DNA of 64,000 nucleotides from positions 32,001 through 96,000 of the forward strand of contig CAVXZB010000088.1 of NCBI GenBank assembly GCA_963765895.1, written 5' to 3'. This stretch comes from an uncultured Nitrososphaeraceae archaeon (GTDB lineage: Archaea > Thermoproteota > Nitrososphaeria > Nitrososphaerales > Nitrososphaeraceae). A program made the position numbers and the translations under genes. Of the stretch, positions 45,225 to 55,743 are shown piece by piece; the first letter of the stretch is position 1, and every line of letters starts with the position of its first letter. The notes beneath the pieces were generated by a model, which was given only the letters and a program-made list of their open reading frames with translations, did no database searches and was not told where the DNA came from.

Positions 45225-46346
45225 TCATTTGATACTTGGACGTGAGCCTACTGTTGTCTCTAGGTTTATGACCTGCCCAGCTCTATAAATAGTAAAACTC
45301 ACTGGATTTCCAGGAGATTTTGTCTTTTCTAAATAAGATATCATGTCCTCGGAACGGGTAATGTTTTTTCCATCAATTGCGGTTAGTATATCGCCACCAT
45401 GTTTTTTACCATACTGATCTGTGATTGAGGCCTCTATCCCAGCTTTGTCAGCTGAGCCACCTCGCAAGATCGTATCTACAAATATGCCCCTTAAATTTGG
45501 GGGTAATTTTCCTACCCGACTTGCCAGATCAGAGGTCAGAGTGGCAACTTTGAGTCCGAGGTATGGATGCGTATAATTTCCCTTATCGATCAATACTGGA
45601 ACAATATGTCTGACAATATCTGATGGAATTGCAAAGTTTATTCCTCCAGGTATCCCTCCAAAGGTAACGCCAACTACCTGGCCTCTGATATTAAACAGAG
45701 GTCCTCCTGAATTACCAGGGTTAAGTGCTGCATCAGTTTGAAGCACATCAGGAATAGAATATCCCCCCACCGGAGCTTGCACTGCTCGTCCGATTTGACT
45801 TACAATACCAGTTGTCATTGTATTGTCCAAGCCATATGGATTACCAATAGCTACCACCTGATCTCCCACTTCAAGTTCTGATGAATTACCTAATGCTAGC
45901 GGATTAAATAGGAATTGTAACAATTTTTGAGTGTTATTACTGTTTGGACTTAGGATCTTTAATACAGCCAAATCACTATAAGGATCTCGTCCTGTCACAT
46001 TAGCAGTATATCTATTTCCATTTATTGAGGTGATATCAACTGACTTTGCTTCTCCTACAACATGACTGTTGGTAACTATATGTCCTTGTCTATCATAAAC
46101 AAACCCTGAGCCTAGTGCTGTTTGGTTTTCACCTCCAGGCTGCTGACTACCAGTCGGATTAGCTGATGGTACCTTACTCGTAATTTGAACGACTGAACCC
46201 TCTACTTTTTGGAAAAGCTCGTTAAGTAAAGAAGAATGATCTGAAGTAACTCCGAAAGCCAAAGGAATTTGCTGATGAACTATACAGATCGATACAAATA
46301 TTGAGAAAAGCAGTACAAACCCTGACTGTACTTGATAATTATACAT
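45225..46346 (-). CDS. HtrA/DegP-like serine protease with PDZ domain
   Basis: GSGFV, VTNSHVV, DLAVL, QTDAALNPGNSGGPL, C-terminal PDZ; N-terminal signal. Confidence 0.95.
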   Translation of the reverse strand: MYNYQVQSGFVLLFSIFVSICIVHQQIPLAFGVTSDHSSLLNELFQKVEGSVVQITSKVPSANPTGSQQPGGENQTALGSGFVYDRQGHIVTNSHVVGEAKSVDITSINGNRYTANVTGRDPYSDLAVLKILSPNSNNTQKLLQFLFNPLALGNSSELEVGDQVVAIGNPYGLDNTMTTGIVSQIGRAVQAPVGGYSIPDVLQTDAALNPGNSGGPLFNIRGQVVGVTFGGIPGGINFAIPSDIVRHIVPVLIDKGNYTHPYLGLKVATLTSDLASRVGKLPPNLRGIFVDTILRGGSADKAGIEASITDQYGKKHGGDILTAIDGKNITRSEDMISYLEKTKSPGNPVSFTIYRAGQVINLETTVGSRPSIK

Positions 46347-46741
46347 TTTTCTGTCTAACAAATCTTGCCAGATTATATACGATATTATTGCCATATATTA
46401 TTGTAAGGAATGATTCCATTTTTGTGCAATATCGCTCGACATACTTGGTACTTATACTATTAGTGTTGTCTTCCGAAGGCTTGATAGATTCTTTGGTTCA
46501 ATTTAGCAGAGATATAATAAATAATCAAAAAGCTATGTTCATACACCTGGTAAAAACTAGGTCTTCTTTTTTTGAGCGAATTGTTAAACGACATCTAGAT
46601 TATTCCTCGGTTATTCAATTGAAGTATATATAGGATATGTAGGATATGTTCGTGTTCTAAGGTAGACATTTGTGATTGCTGCGCTACACGTGCCTCTGTA
46701 AATATTTGCTTCATATACAAGTAGCATCTAAGTTGTTATGA

Positions 46742-48124
46742 CTAAATAATCTGATTTTGTAATTTCAGATTAGAGATCAAATATGTGCCTACGTTCGTGT
46801 TGTATTTGACGGATGGTTTATCCTTATTAGCAATGTAGCCGATGATGAATGGTTCGTAATTATGTTTTCGCAAGTCCTCAATGATCAAATTTGAGACATT
46901 TGGAGATGCTATTATCAAATGACAGCCGTTTGCTGGAATAGTGGAGTTTGAAATCAAATATTCCTTTGTCACGAATTTTGCGATTTCATCATTCATGATT
47001 GGGATCTCATTTATGATAATCTCGGAATTAGTCAAAAATGAAAGCTTCTTGACTGCAAGGATCCCCTCGCTGGAAACTGGATAGACAGCCATTATGTGCT
47101 CAGATTTGTCGAAATTTGTACCAAAATCGGGACAATATTTAGAAATTACCCTACCCAACGAGAACTTGGGCTCACTAAGGTTTTTCAGTATATGATCTCT
47201 AGCTTTAGTAAGGTCTCTAAGATTGATCCCATTCCGTTCCAGCTGGAACACGAGACTTGGATCCATTTTTGTTAGCATGAAAAGGCCAAATGCTGATAGT
47301 GTTCCAAACTTATTTGAAATTATTAGCTGCATTCCTGTCTCTACCTGATCATAATTCACAGGTAATTCTTTCAATGTATTTGCTATTGCGGTATTACCAA
47401 AGAAAAGCCTACCAACTTTGAGCGAGCTATAGTCCTCCATCCCCAAATTATACCTTGATGTAAATGCATCAAGATTTTCTCTTATCCTATCTAACATGAC
47501 TTCAGATGAGGCGTCATATATCGGAAAAAGCACGAAACCTGAAGTGCATCCGAGAAGATTTAGATGATCAATCGTTTTGACCATCGCAATATTGCTATTA
47601 ATCTCAGAATCTAGGTTCAATGTTGGATCAATAACTTGAGCTGCAGAATTGCTTGCCGCGGTAAACCCCACCTTGTCGCCTTTATGCAGCTGAACATAGT
47701 CAAGTACTGCAAACTGAGATCCCTGATGCGATGTCAATGATACTGTGTTCTTCTTAATGAGAACTTTTGACTGGAATTTCTTAAAAAATTTGATTAACAT
47801 GTTTTCAAATAATAATTGGTTTTCTCCTATCTCACTATGGATCTGAAATAGGGAAAGAGCATGACGAATTGCGACTTCTTTTTCCATGACATCATTTTCA
47901 TTGAGAGCAAATACCCTTCGGGTGAGTTCTGGGGCCTTTTTATCTGAATAATGTAATGCATCGAACCATCTAGGATCTATCTTTATACTGCATCGTTTAA
48001 CTTTCTCCATAGTAGTTTGCAACAAGTCACTGTCAAGTTCATTAGAGCAGGTAGGAATCCACCTTAAAGGATCAAGTCCTTCCCCTCTATAGATATATAC
48101 TTGATCCCAAAAATTTTCAGACAA
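46742..48124 (-). CDS. SelD-like / PurM-fold protein
   Basis: YRGEGLDPLRWIPTCSNELD N-terminus resembles archaeal SelD-like YR..GL.PL...GC..K.D; QVIDPT, N.FGTL, EGI, ANG.HLII, PFIIGY. Confidence 0.65.
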   Translation of the reverse strand: MSENFWDQVYIYRGEGLDPLRWIPTCSNELDSDLLQTTMEKVKRCSIKIDPRWFDALHYSDKKAPELTRRVFALNENDVMEKEVAIRHALSLFQIHSEIGENQLLFENMLIKFFKKFQSKVLIKKNTVSLTSHQGSQFAVLDYVQLHKGDKVGFTAASNSAAQVIDPTLNLDSEINSNIAMVKTIDHLNLLGCTSGFVLFPIYDASSEVMLDRIRENLDAFTSRYNLGMEDYSSLKVGRLFFGNTAIANTLKELPVNYDQVETGMQLIISNKFGTLSAFGLFMLTKMDPSLVFQLERNGINLRDLTKARDHILKNLSEPKFSLGRVISKYCPDFGTNFDKSEHIMAVYPVSSEGILAVKKLSFLTNSEIIINEIPIMNDEIAKFVTKEYLISNSTIPANGCHLIIASPNVSNLIIEDLRKHNYEPFIIGYIANKDKPSVKYNTNVGTYLISNLKLQNQII

Positions 48125-48623
48125 TTAGAACCTCTCCCAATATTCACTTAAACCTAGTCTTATCGACATGATATATAGGAAAATACTGCTTAATAAACAA
48201 AACATTTGGATCATAGCACGACAATTGCCAAAAAATCGTAGTCTTTAATTAGCCTAAAATATAAAACGACTATATGATGCATGTAAGAATATCCCAGCAA
48301 AGTCCTCTTAGACCAGATAAATGACTCTTATGGATGGAAATTGATCAGTTCCGAAAAATTAATTATAACATGAACTGTTTTTGAATTAACGTTTCTTGAA
48401 ATAATTTGAATATATCGATTACAGAGGTGATAGTTCTGAATTTTTCAGTCCCTTGTCAAATTGTTTTTCTGCTGGCGGCTGCGAATATTTATGTACATGT
48501 ATATGCTTTTAGGGTGGGATACAGAGTTGGCTTAGTTAACCTGCATTATGATAAATTTGGTATTCTGCCAGGCATAAGTATGGGGCATTTAAAACAAATA
48601 AAAATAAACTTAATTGGCTGATT

Positions 48624-49109
48624 TTATTCTTCGGAATTAGAATCAACGTATAACTTGATTCCAAGATGCCTTTCAAGTTTTCTTGCCAGTACTTCATCTG
48701 GTTTCAATGCACCTGTTTCAAACTTCCTTAATAGAGCTGCTCTTTCATTCATTAGGTTTGCCAATTGTTCATGTGTAAAGCCCTTTTTCATGCGAGCCTG
48801 CCTTATTAGTCTTGAAAAATCAGAGGCAAGTATGGTATCGTCGGTCATCTGAATCTTATGAACAGTATAACGAGTTCTATTTGTACTAGGCTTGCTATTG
48901 GAGGGGTATCGATTTCGATTCATATTAGGATTCACGATATTTGTGGCCTTTCCACCACGATTTGATATACTGCTATCAGTGGGAGCTGACTCGTTTGGTT
49001 TCCCATGTTTTGAGCATGGAATGCAGACGTTAAATGGGCTGCCATCAATTAGGACAGCTCTTTTTCCGGTTGTCAGCTGGCGTCCGCATAGTTCACAATA
49101 TGACGGCAT
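48624..49109 (-). CDS. mbf1: Archaeal multiprotein bridging factor 1
   Basis: CELCG..VCIPC zinc ribbon plus HTH (IRQAR..G.THEQLA...FETG.LKPD..LARKLE). Confidence 0.9.
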   Translation of the reverse strand: MPSYCELCGRQLTTGKRAVLIDGSPFNVCIPCSKHGKPNESAPTDSSISNRGGKATNIVNPNMNRNRYPSNSKPSTNRTRYTVHKIQMTDDTILASDFSRLIRQARMKKGFTHEQLANLMNERAALLRKFETGALKPDEVLARKLERHLGIKLYVDSNSEE

Positions 49110-49366
49110 ACGATCAAATTGAGACCATTGCGAATTTAGCCTTTTCTTTAGCATAACCTGCGAATAGTCTCATAGATAGTCAATTGTGATCTTGATTCAT
49201 TATAATCACTTGATAACCCGGACAAACTGTCTGGGTTTATACATGTACAATTTAAGATGTCGGAATCTATCCGAGATTTTCTCAATTTATTAATAGTCAG
49301 AACGCAGGCCAAGCTCATAAGATTTATCTTGTATTTGAATTCTTTGAAATAGTGTGATTTGTACTA

Positions 49367-49825
49367 TTGAACTCGAATGAAAAAATCTACCATCATTTAA
49401 GAGCATTATTTAAAATAGATATGCATCCAATGGGAGAATTGGAGTTCGAATATTCTAGGAGAACGGGCCGTATTAAGAATTTCAGCATTGGAGGGAGTTT
49501 ATTTGCCACTCTAAGAACTGACGGCGGACTTGCCATAACAATATTCGGTGCTAGAAATTTGATGAAAAATAAGGGTTTTAAAGAGAACTGTGTGATACCT
49601 AATTCAGAGTCGTTACCGTTTGTCTGTGAAGGCCGATCATTATTTTCTAAACATGTGAAATGGTGCGGATCAAATGTTGAAATAGGATCAGACGTAGCGA
49701 TCATAGACACTAGTGATAATGTGCTAGCTGTAGGAAGAGCCCTCCTTGGAGCTAGAGTAATGAAGACATATCGAAAAGGAGTTGCGGTCAAGGTTAGAGA
49801 AGGAATAAAAAGCCGAGCGGATTAA
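49367..49825 (+). CDS. PUA-domain RNA-binding protein
   Basis: SRRTGRIK, TLRTDGGL, GRSLFSKHV, AVGRA, GVAVKVR. Confidence 0.85.
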   Translation: MNSNEKIYHHLRALFKIDMHPMGELEFEYSRRTGRIKNFSIGGSLFATLRTDGGLAITIFGARNLMKNKGFKENCVIPNSESLPFVCEGRSLFSKHVKWCGSNVEIGSDVAIIDTSDNVLAVGRALLGARVMKTYRKGVAVKVREGIKSRAD

Positions 49826-49840
49826 CTACTCATGATTGAT

Positions 49841-50179
49841 ATGATGCGCGGAGGCAATCGTGAGATGAGAAGAATGCTGGATAAGATGGGATTGGAGATG
49901 AAGGATATGGGCAATGTTGAAGAGGTCGTTATTAAGACTGAAACTAGGGAGCTCTATCTCATAAAACCTCAGATTATAGAGATGAAAGGGAAAGATAATA
50001 CTATCTTTCAAGTAGTTGCGACTGATATTCAAGAACGGCAAAGAGAGATTCCATTTTTCAAAGATGAAGATGTAGTCCTTGTGATGCAACAGGCAAATGT
50101 AACAAAAGAAAAGGCAATTCAAGCGTTAATTGACTCAAAGGGCGACATGGCTCAAGCAATCTTAAGTCTCACTATATGA
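49841..50179 (+). CDS. nac: Nascent polypeptide-associated complex protein
   Basis: MRRMLDKMG, VEEVVIK, FQV, EDV.LVMQQA.V..E.A..AL...GD.AQAI (UBA-like). Confidence 0.93.
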   Translation: MMRGGNREMRRMLDKMGLEMKDMGNVEEVVIKTETRELYLIKPQIIEMKGKDNTIFQVVATDIQERQREIPFFKDEDVVLVMQQANVTKEKAIQALIDSKGDMAQAILSLTI

Positions 50180-50348
50180 ATTAATTCTCAGTACCTTGAA
50201 TCATAAAAATTGCGTTCCTTGTCTATGATTGATTAGATCAGGATTTATTTATTAGTATAAGATTCAGACTCACATGCCATGGATTGATCTCATTGAAAAA
50301 TACCACAGCCAATAATTCCATGAGGGATATCGCAATAGTAATTCTAGT

Positions 50349-50735
50349 CTACAGCAGAGTATTTGCATTCTGAGTATTTTTCGGATTAATTAAATCGTGT
50401 GAATCTACTGGTTTTTCAATAAATGGTCGCAATTGTGATAATTCTAAAACAAATTTTTCTAATAGTAAAACAGCGTTAAGGTCAGTATTGAGCTTATACA
50501 TACTGGTTTTTCCAATCCTTCGACTACTGTAAATTAACTGGGTTCTTTCAAGATCGGGTATTTCCCTAAAGATAGTCCTAAATGACAAACCAGTTTTTTG
50601 CGAGATTTCATTTGCAGAATAATCAAATTCCTTGTGGTCAAGAAAGAAGTCTAGTATCTGAGCAACAGCTCTCGAGGAGAATAGCCTTGTCAAAATACCA
50701 CAATCCGATTGATCACTATAACCCTCAACTATCAC
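50349..50735 (-). CDS. Winged-helix transcriptional regulator
   Basis: ILDFFLDH..FDYS..EISQKTGLS..T...L....RRIGKTSMYKLN. Confidence 0.85.
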   Translation of the reverse strand: MIVEGYSDQSDCGILTRLFSSRAVAQILDFFLDHKEFDYSANEISQKTGLSFRTIFREIPDLERTQLIYSSRRIGKTSMYKLNTDLNAVLLLEKFVLELSQLRPFIEKPVDSHDLINPKNTQNANTLL

Positions 50736-50869
50736 AGATTAGCTACAACTTTGCCATATTTGTCTCTTTCTATGAAAATGGATTTAAGTGTAGTGCACTT
50801 TATTAAGGTAATAAGCCGACACATATGTCCATTTATCAACAAATAAATATCTAAATACTATTATTTGCA

Positions 50870-51598
50870 GTGATGGATTCATACAAAACAGCTATCCTTC
50901 GTATATTAATAAAGCGTCAGAAGAATCCAATCGAAATATCCAGTTTGGTTGATGGGTTTCCGAGTCATTTCAAGAATGAGGTAACCTCCTCAATTTTCTA
51001 TTTGCATTCGCTTGGATATGTCTCGATTTATCATTCTCCTACAGGTAATAAATATATCTCATTAAATCTAAAAATGAAAAGGGACACTTTACGTATAGTA
51101 AATCCAGACTTAGATGCCTCATATCAAAACATGCGTTTGGGCTTGCATTATAATTCAAATAACACAATTGACGACATAGAAAAGGCAGTTACTGAAAAGA
51201 AATGCACCAGTATTTTACCGTCAGTGCGAAGATCGATTATCGGAGCAGTTCTGCTTATAGCTGCAGTGTCCACGTGGGCTCTAATAACTGCATATAATCA
51301 TCCTGGTGGCGCAGACTTCCTTTCTAATAAAATCAGCGATATGCAAGGCCCTAGCGTAAGCAGACCTGTAGACTATTCATTGCCACAAAAAGGTTCTGAT
51401 CTTGTGTTAGTTTCAAATTATGTAATCGAGCCCCCGTATAATTTCGCAATTATTCAGACTGAATTTCCATTATCGACATCAACATTAATGCACCATCATA
51501 ATCCTTACCTTAGGTTAATAGTTGAGCAGATTGATTCCAGAATTGATGGGAATTCAATCATAAAGATCACGGAGAATTCAAGTAGATATAGGGTTTAG
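50870..51598 (+). CDS. Membrane-anchored protein with wHTH-like N-terminus
   Basis: N-terminal ILRIL..IEISSL...V...I..L...GYV.I wHTH-like pattern; single TM IIGAVLLIAAVSTWALITAY. Confidence 0.6.
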   Translation: MMDSYKTAILRILIKRQKNPIEISSLVDGFPSHFKNEVTSSIFYLHSLGYVSIYHSPTGNKYISLNLKMKRDTLRIVNPDLDASYQNMRLGLHYNSNNTIDDIEKAVTEKKCTSILPSVRRSIIGAVLLIAAVSTWALITAYNHPGGADFLSNKISDMQGPSVSRPVDYSLPQKGSDLVLVSNYVIEPPYNFAIIQTEFPLSTSTLMHHHNPYLRLIVEQIDSRIDGNSIIKITENSSRYRV

Positions 51599-51662
51599 AT
51601 AAGGTTAAATGATACACTAGAAATCTAATTCGGACATTCTCTAAATTTCTTGCTTTAAATTT

Positions 51663-52815
51663 CTAAGCCGTATTGATGAAGGGGTCGGCATGTGACAAAA
51701 TTATGTTTGAGATTTCAGGTCTCATTAAATATTCTGCAGGTTTTTCACCAGAGTTAATTAATTTTCTCATCTTAGTACCGCTTAAAACTTCTCTAAACTC
51801 TATTCCATGTGGACAATTCTTAGCATTTGAATATCCTAGGCATCTCTTACAGTAATAAAATTCCGGAAAAAATATTGGCTCGATTTCTAGATCAGGATAA
51901 TCCCTGAAGATCTCGTGAGCAGCAAATGGTTGATAAAATTGACCAACACCAGCATGATCTCTTCCAACAATAAAGTGAGAACATCCAAAATTTTTTCTCA
52001 TGATTGCATGATGGATTGCTTCTTTAGGTCCGGCATACCTCATCTCGGTATGGAGGGTTGCAAAAATAGTGCTGTACCTCGGATAATAGTTTTGAATTAA
52101 AGAATCATAGGCGTTCAAAATCAACTCGTCCTTGAAATCACCTTGTTTCTTCCTACCGATCAGAGGATTCAAAAATAGACCGTCGTATATATTTAACGCT
52201 CGCTTTTTGCACCATTTCATGAGCAATATGAGGCACGTTTCTGGTTTGAAATCCCACGACTGTCTCCCATCCTCGCTTCTGAATATCGGATCTCGTTTCC
52301 GAAGGAGTCATTCTAAACTTTCTTAAGGGGGACTGAGATATTCTTGAAATCACATCAACTTTTCCTCCAATAAGATATTCATTCATTTCCGAAATTTTCT
52401 GGACACCTGGATGCCTTAAGTCATCAGTCTTGTAAAGCGCTTTTGAAACTAAAAGCTTTTCCAGCGGGTATATCTCGTCTACGTGTAATACGCCAAAGTA
52501 CTCATTGTTGTTTTTCAATAAAACTTCTCTAGCATCTTTAATCCTGATGGAAGTCTGTTTGTCGATATCTAAAATAATTGGGATGGTCCACGCTAAATCA
52601 TTGCTCAGTCTTCCATGCAAAACAATATTTTGAAAATCCTCATTTCCGACGAAACCCTCTAATGGGCTAAAAATACCATCAGCTATATTTTCAATATCAT
52701 TTCTTAAATCATTACTGACATCTAGAAATGTCATTCCATCAAAGCTCTTGCTAGTTTCGAAAAACCTATTTACGAGCCTGCCTCCATGAGGCAATATGGT
52801 ATTACTATGACCCAT
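51663..52815 (-). CDS. sat: Sulfate adenylyltransferase, one extra base near 52200
   Basis: PHGGRL, SPLEGF, W.IPI.LD, FQTRNVPH.AHE / NPLIG.KK.GDF, MRYAGPKEA, GRDHAGVG, SGTKMR. Confidence 0.93.
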
Positions 52816-52825
52816 GTCTTCACTG

Positions 52826-53611
52826 TTACCTTTTTTGGGTTTTCCAATGTAAACCGCATTCCTTATGTACTGAGTTTTCCCACCACCATCTACCAGATCT
52901 CTGGTCTTCTTCAGGTTTTACCGCACGTGTACACGGTTCACAACCAATACTAGGATATCCTAGGTCATGTAACTTATTATAGGGTACATTATTCTTTTTT
53001 ATGTAATCCCAAACCATATCTGTACTCCAATCGGCCAAGGGATTAACTTTAACAATATTTTTGTGCAGGTCATCTATTTCTATCTTTTTAATAGATTGCC
53101 TTGTACTTGTCTGGTCTCTTCTTAGACCTGTTATCCATGCATCAAGGTTGCTTAGTGCCCTAGCAAGTGGCCTAACCTTTCTGACATTACAGCAGAGTTT
53201 CCTATTATCAATACTATCATACATTAAGTTTAGTCCCTTTGTCCTTACCATTTGCTCCACGTCGTTTCGCTCCGGAAAATATATTTCAACAGTGATATCA
53301 TACCTCTTGCGAATTGTATCAATTATATCGTATGTTTCTTGATTAAGTCGTCCAGTATCAAGTGTGAAAATTTTGGCTTTCTTACTATCGATCTTGCTCA
53401 TTAGATCTATGAGGACAACGTCCTCAGCACCAAAACTTGATGCAAGTCCTATGCTCGTGCCGTATGTATCAATTGCCCATTTCAAAACATCATATGCAGA
53501 TTTATTCTCCATTTTATCCGCTATCTCACCCAATTGTGATATCGTCAGTCTTGATACACTAGATTTAATCAGAATCACGAATGATGTTTTGTATTGTAGA
53601 CTTATATTCAT
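52826..53611 (-). CDS. cysH: APS/PAPS reductase (Fe-S type)
   Basis: SSFGAED, LDTG, CCNVRK, WITGLRRDQ, SIGCEPCT, RSGRW, ECGLH. Confidence 0.93.
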   Translation of the reverse strand: MNISLQYKTSFVILIKSSVSRLTISQLGEIADKMENKSAYDVLKWAIDTYGTSIGLASSFGAEDVVLIDLMSKIDSKKAKIFTLDTGRLNQETYDIIDTIRKRYDITVEIYFPERNDVEQMVRTKGLNLMYDSIDNRKLCCNVRKVRPLARALSNLDAWITGLRRDQTSTRQSIKKIEIDDLHKNIVKVNPLADWSTDMVWDYIKKNNVPYNKLHDLGYPSIGCEPCTRAVKPEEDQRSGRWWWENSVHKECGLHWKTQKR

Positions 53612-53913
53612 ATCTTTTTACAGACGTTAACAAACTTGACCATAGTCTGGCGATAAACAAATTATTATTATTATCCTCCTTCTACACAAATATACGCGTT
53701 AATTGAATAGAAGCTAGAAAGATACATAACGTAGATAACTGCATAAAGTGCACATATTAATGAATGAAATTCCAGTATATAATGCAGAAAACCCCCAAGA
53801 GCTGCTAATCATCATGTTGAAACTGAATACTAAAATATTCAACTAGATCAAGTAGCAATTTCCGTTATGACGTGAAGACTTTTATATGAATAAATTGTAA
53901 TAAGAGATATCTT

Positions 53914-54366
53914 TTGTCGTCAAACATAATTAAACCTATAAAAGTTTCAGTTAAATCTAAAAGCGATCTGCTTGACCAGGCATATGATGCCATTTCAAAA
54001 AGTGGCGAAAGTGGCATTTTTCAGACAGAGCTATGTAAGGTTTTTTCACTGGATAGCAGAGATGGTTCTAGACTAGTTGGTAATTTAGAAAAGCAATCGC
54101 TTATTTCTCGTGAAAAAATTCTTTATAAAGGTAGATGGACATACAAGCTGGTTTTAAGGAAATCCACAGCTTCTATAGATTCTGTTAAAAAACCCATAGA
54201 GGTAACCTGCGTAGAGGGAGCTCCTTGTTTTAGTTGTACATATCAACATTTGTGTTCTTCAGACGATGATACAAGTCAGTACAGTCCGGCAAGATGTACT
54301 TGGATAGAGGAGTGGGTTTTGGCAAGTTTTGGTCGTGCCATTAATACTCAAAATTCAGAAATCTAG
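53914..54366 (+). CDS. RPC34/TFE-beta-like factor (wHTH + C-terminal Cys cluster)
   Basis: GIFQTEL...LDSRDGSRL..LEK..LI.R wHTH; PCFSC....LC...SP.RC.W..EW. Confidence 0.75.
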   Translation: MSSNIIKPIKVSVKSKSDLLDQAYDAISKSGESGIFQTELCKVFSLDSRDGSRLVGNLEKQSLISREKILYKGRWTYKLVLRKSTASIDSVKKPIEVTCVEGAPCFSCTYQHLCSSDDDTSQYSPARCTWIEEWVLASFGRAINTQNSEI

Positions 54367-54633
54367 ATCTCTCGACACAATAATATTTTTTTAGAACTTG
54401 CATGTAGTCGTACATTTAATGCTGCTGCAGTTTGATCTTTTTGTGCACTGGTTTTGTGAGACATACACGCAATATCATAGGCATATTAACTACTGTTTGC
54501 ATACATAATATTCTTACTTATTCTGTCCAGTCCTAATTCTATTCTTGGAAGAGTAAACATAATAGGCAGGATTATCTCAGGAATTAAAATGAAGTGTAAA
54601 TCTCGCCACAGCAAAGCCGGAGTCAATATCTTG

Positions 54634-55149
54634 TTAAATTTGATTAGTAAATGATTTTGTTGCTGAGCTGAATCCAGAATCTATATCAGCTTCTCCCACT
54701 ACTTTCCACGTTATCCTTTTAACTGTAGACTGATTTGCAATTTGCTTTACTATTTCAGCAGTGGAATTCGAAGGCGTAATGGTAAATTGAGACTGTAATT
54801 GAGCGTCTGTATTGGAAAGGAGCTGCGGCCTTCCATTAACCGGAACGTCCTCGTACGATAAAAGTCCATCACCTAACGGTTGACCGTTTGCGAACAATTG
54901 ATATTCAATCTTTGAAGTAGTCAGTGATTTATCAGTAGGATTATGCACACCAAAAATTAGATTCAACTGAACTATTTGTGGATTAACTGCAGTAGCATTT
55001 TTCACAACCTCGACTTTTTCCAATCTTACCGCAATATCATTTACATTTGTTGGCAAGGTAATGGTTAAAATTAATGGGAGAAAAACTATCGTCGCTACTA
55101 CGGCAGCTACTACGCCAATAAGTATAATCCTACGTTTACTGAATAGCAT
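54634..55149 (-). CDS. Membrane-anchored LEA-2/WHy domain protein
   Basis: N-terminal TM; F.VHNP...L....IEY.L.ANG..LG.G. Confidence 0.75.
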   Translation of the reverse strand: MLFSKRRIILIGVVAAVVATIVFLPLILTITLPTNVNDIAVRLEKVEVVKNATAVNPQIVQLNLIFGVHNPTDKSLTTSKIEYQLFANGQPLGDGLLSYEDVPVNGRPQLLSNTDAQLQSQFTITPSNSTAEIVKQIANQSTVKRITWKVVGEADIDSGFSSATKSFTNQI

Positions 55150-55239
55150 ATGTCAATATAGCTAGTGAATAAAAGTGAATTAAAAGCTTTCTTCTGACAG
55201 TATAGATAATATTATCATTGTATACCAAATATTCTTTAA

Positions 55240-55743
55240 ATGCCACTCATAGATGTCTTTATTATTTGGTTGCATTTGATTTGCGCCTCAATATGGGTCG
55301 GTGGCTCCATTTTCCTTGGTTTAATCCTTGCGCCAATGCTTGGTTCAATTACAAAGAGTATGGAAGAGCGCCTTTCAATCATGATTAGAGTCGGAAGGAG
55401 ATTCAACATGGTTGCGCTACCTTCATTTCTAGTTTTGATCCTAACTGGATTATATAATTCACGTGCCTACTTAATTGACCCTAGTGCGCTAATTAGAACC
55501 GATTATGGTATCATTCTGTTAATCAAGATCGTAGTAGTAATCGGAGTACTCATTACTTACTTCATACATATCAGGCTTCTAAGTGATGAGGTTGAAAAGA
55601 AAATCAAGACTGAAAATGTTTATAGTTTATATGTTCAATCTATACGGTCCAGAATAATTGTCTTAGGTCGAATTACCGTGATAATGTCAGTTGTAGTGCT
55701 GCTACTTGCAGCCTTACTAAGAAGTGGGGGACAGATAATTTGA
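55240..55743 (+). CDS. CopD/DUF4149-like membrane protein
   Basis: WLHL..ASIWVGG, LILTGLYN, YG.ILLIKI; four TM helices. Confidence 0.8.
   Translation: MPLIDVFIIWLHLICASIWVGGSIFLGLILAPMLGSITKSMEERLSIMIRVGRRFNMVALPSFLVLILTGLYNSRAYLIDPSALIRTDYGIILLIKIVVVIGVLITYFIHIRLLSDEVEKKIKTENVYSLYVQSIRSRIIVLGRITVIMSVVVLLLAALLRSGGQII

Noticed and set aside
23007-48124. Selenoneine (senABC) pathway from EgtB plus the SelD-like gene
   Set aside because: No SenB glycosyltransferase, the genes are ~22 kb apart, and the SelD-like protein lacks the canonical motif.
51663-52815. Two-subunit sulfate adenylyltransferase
   Set aside because: One extra base in CAA AAA GCG-A-GCG splits a normal single-chain Sat.
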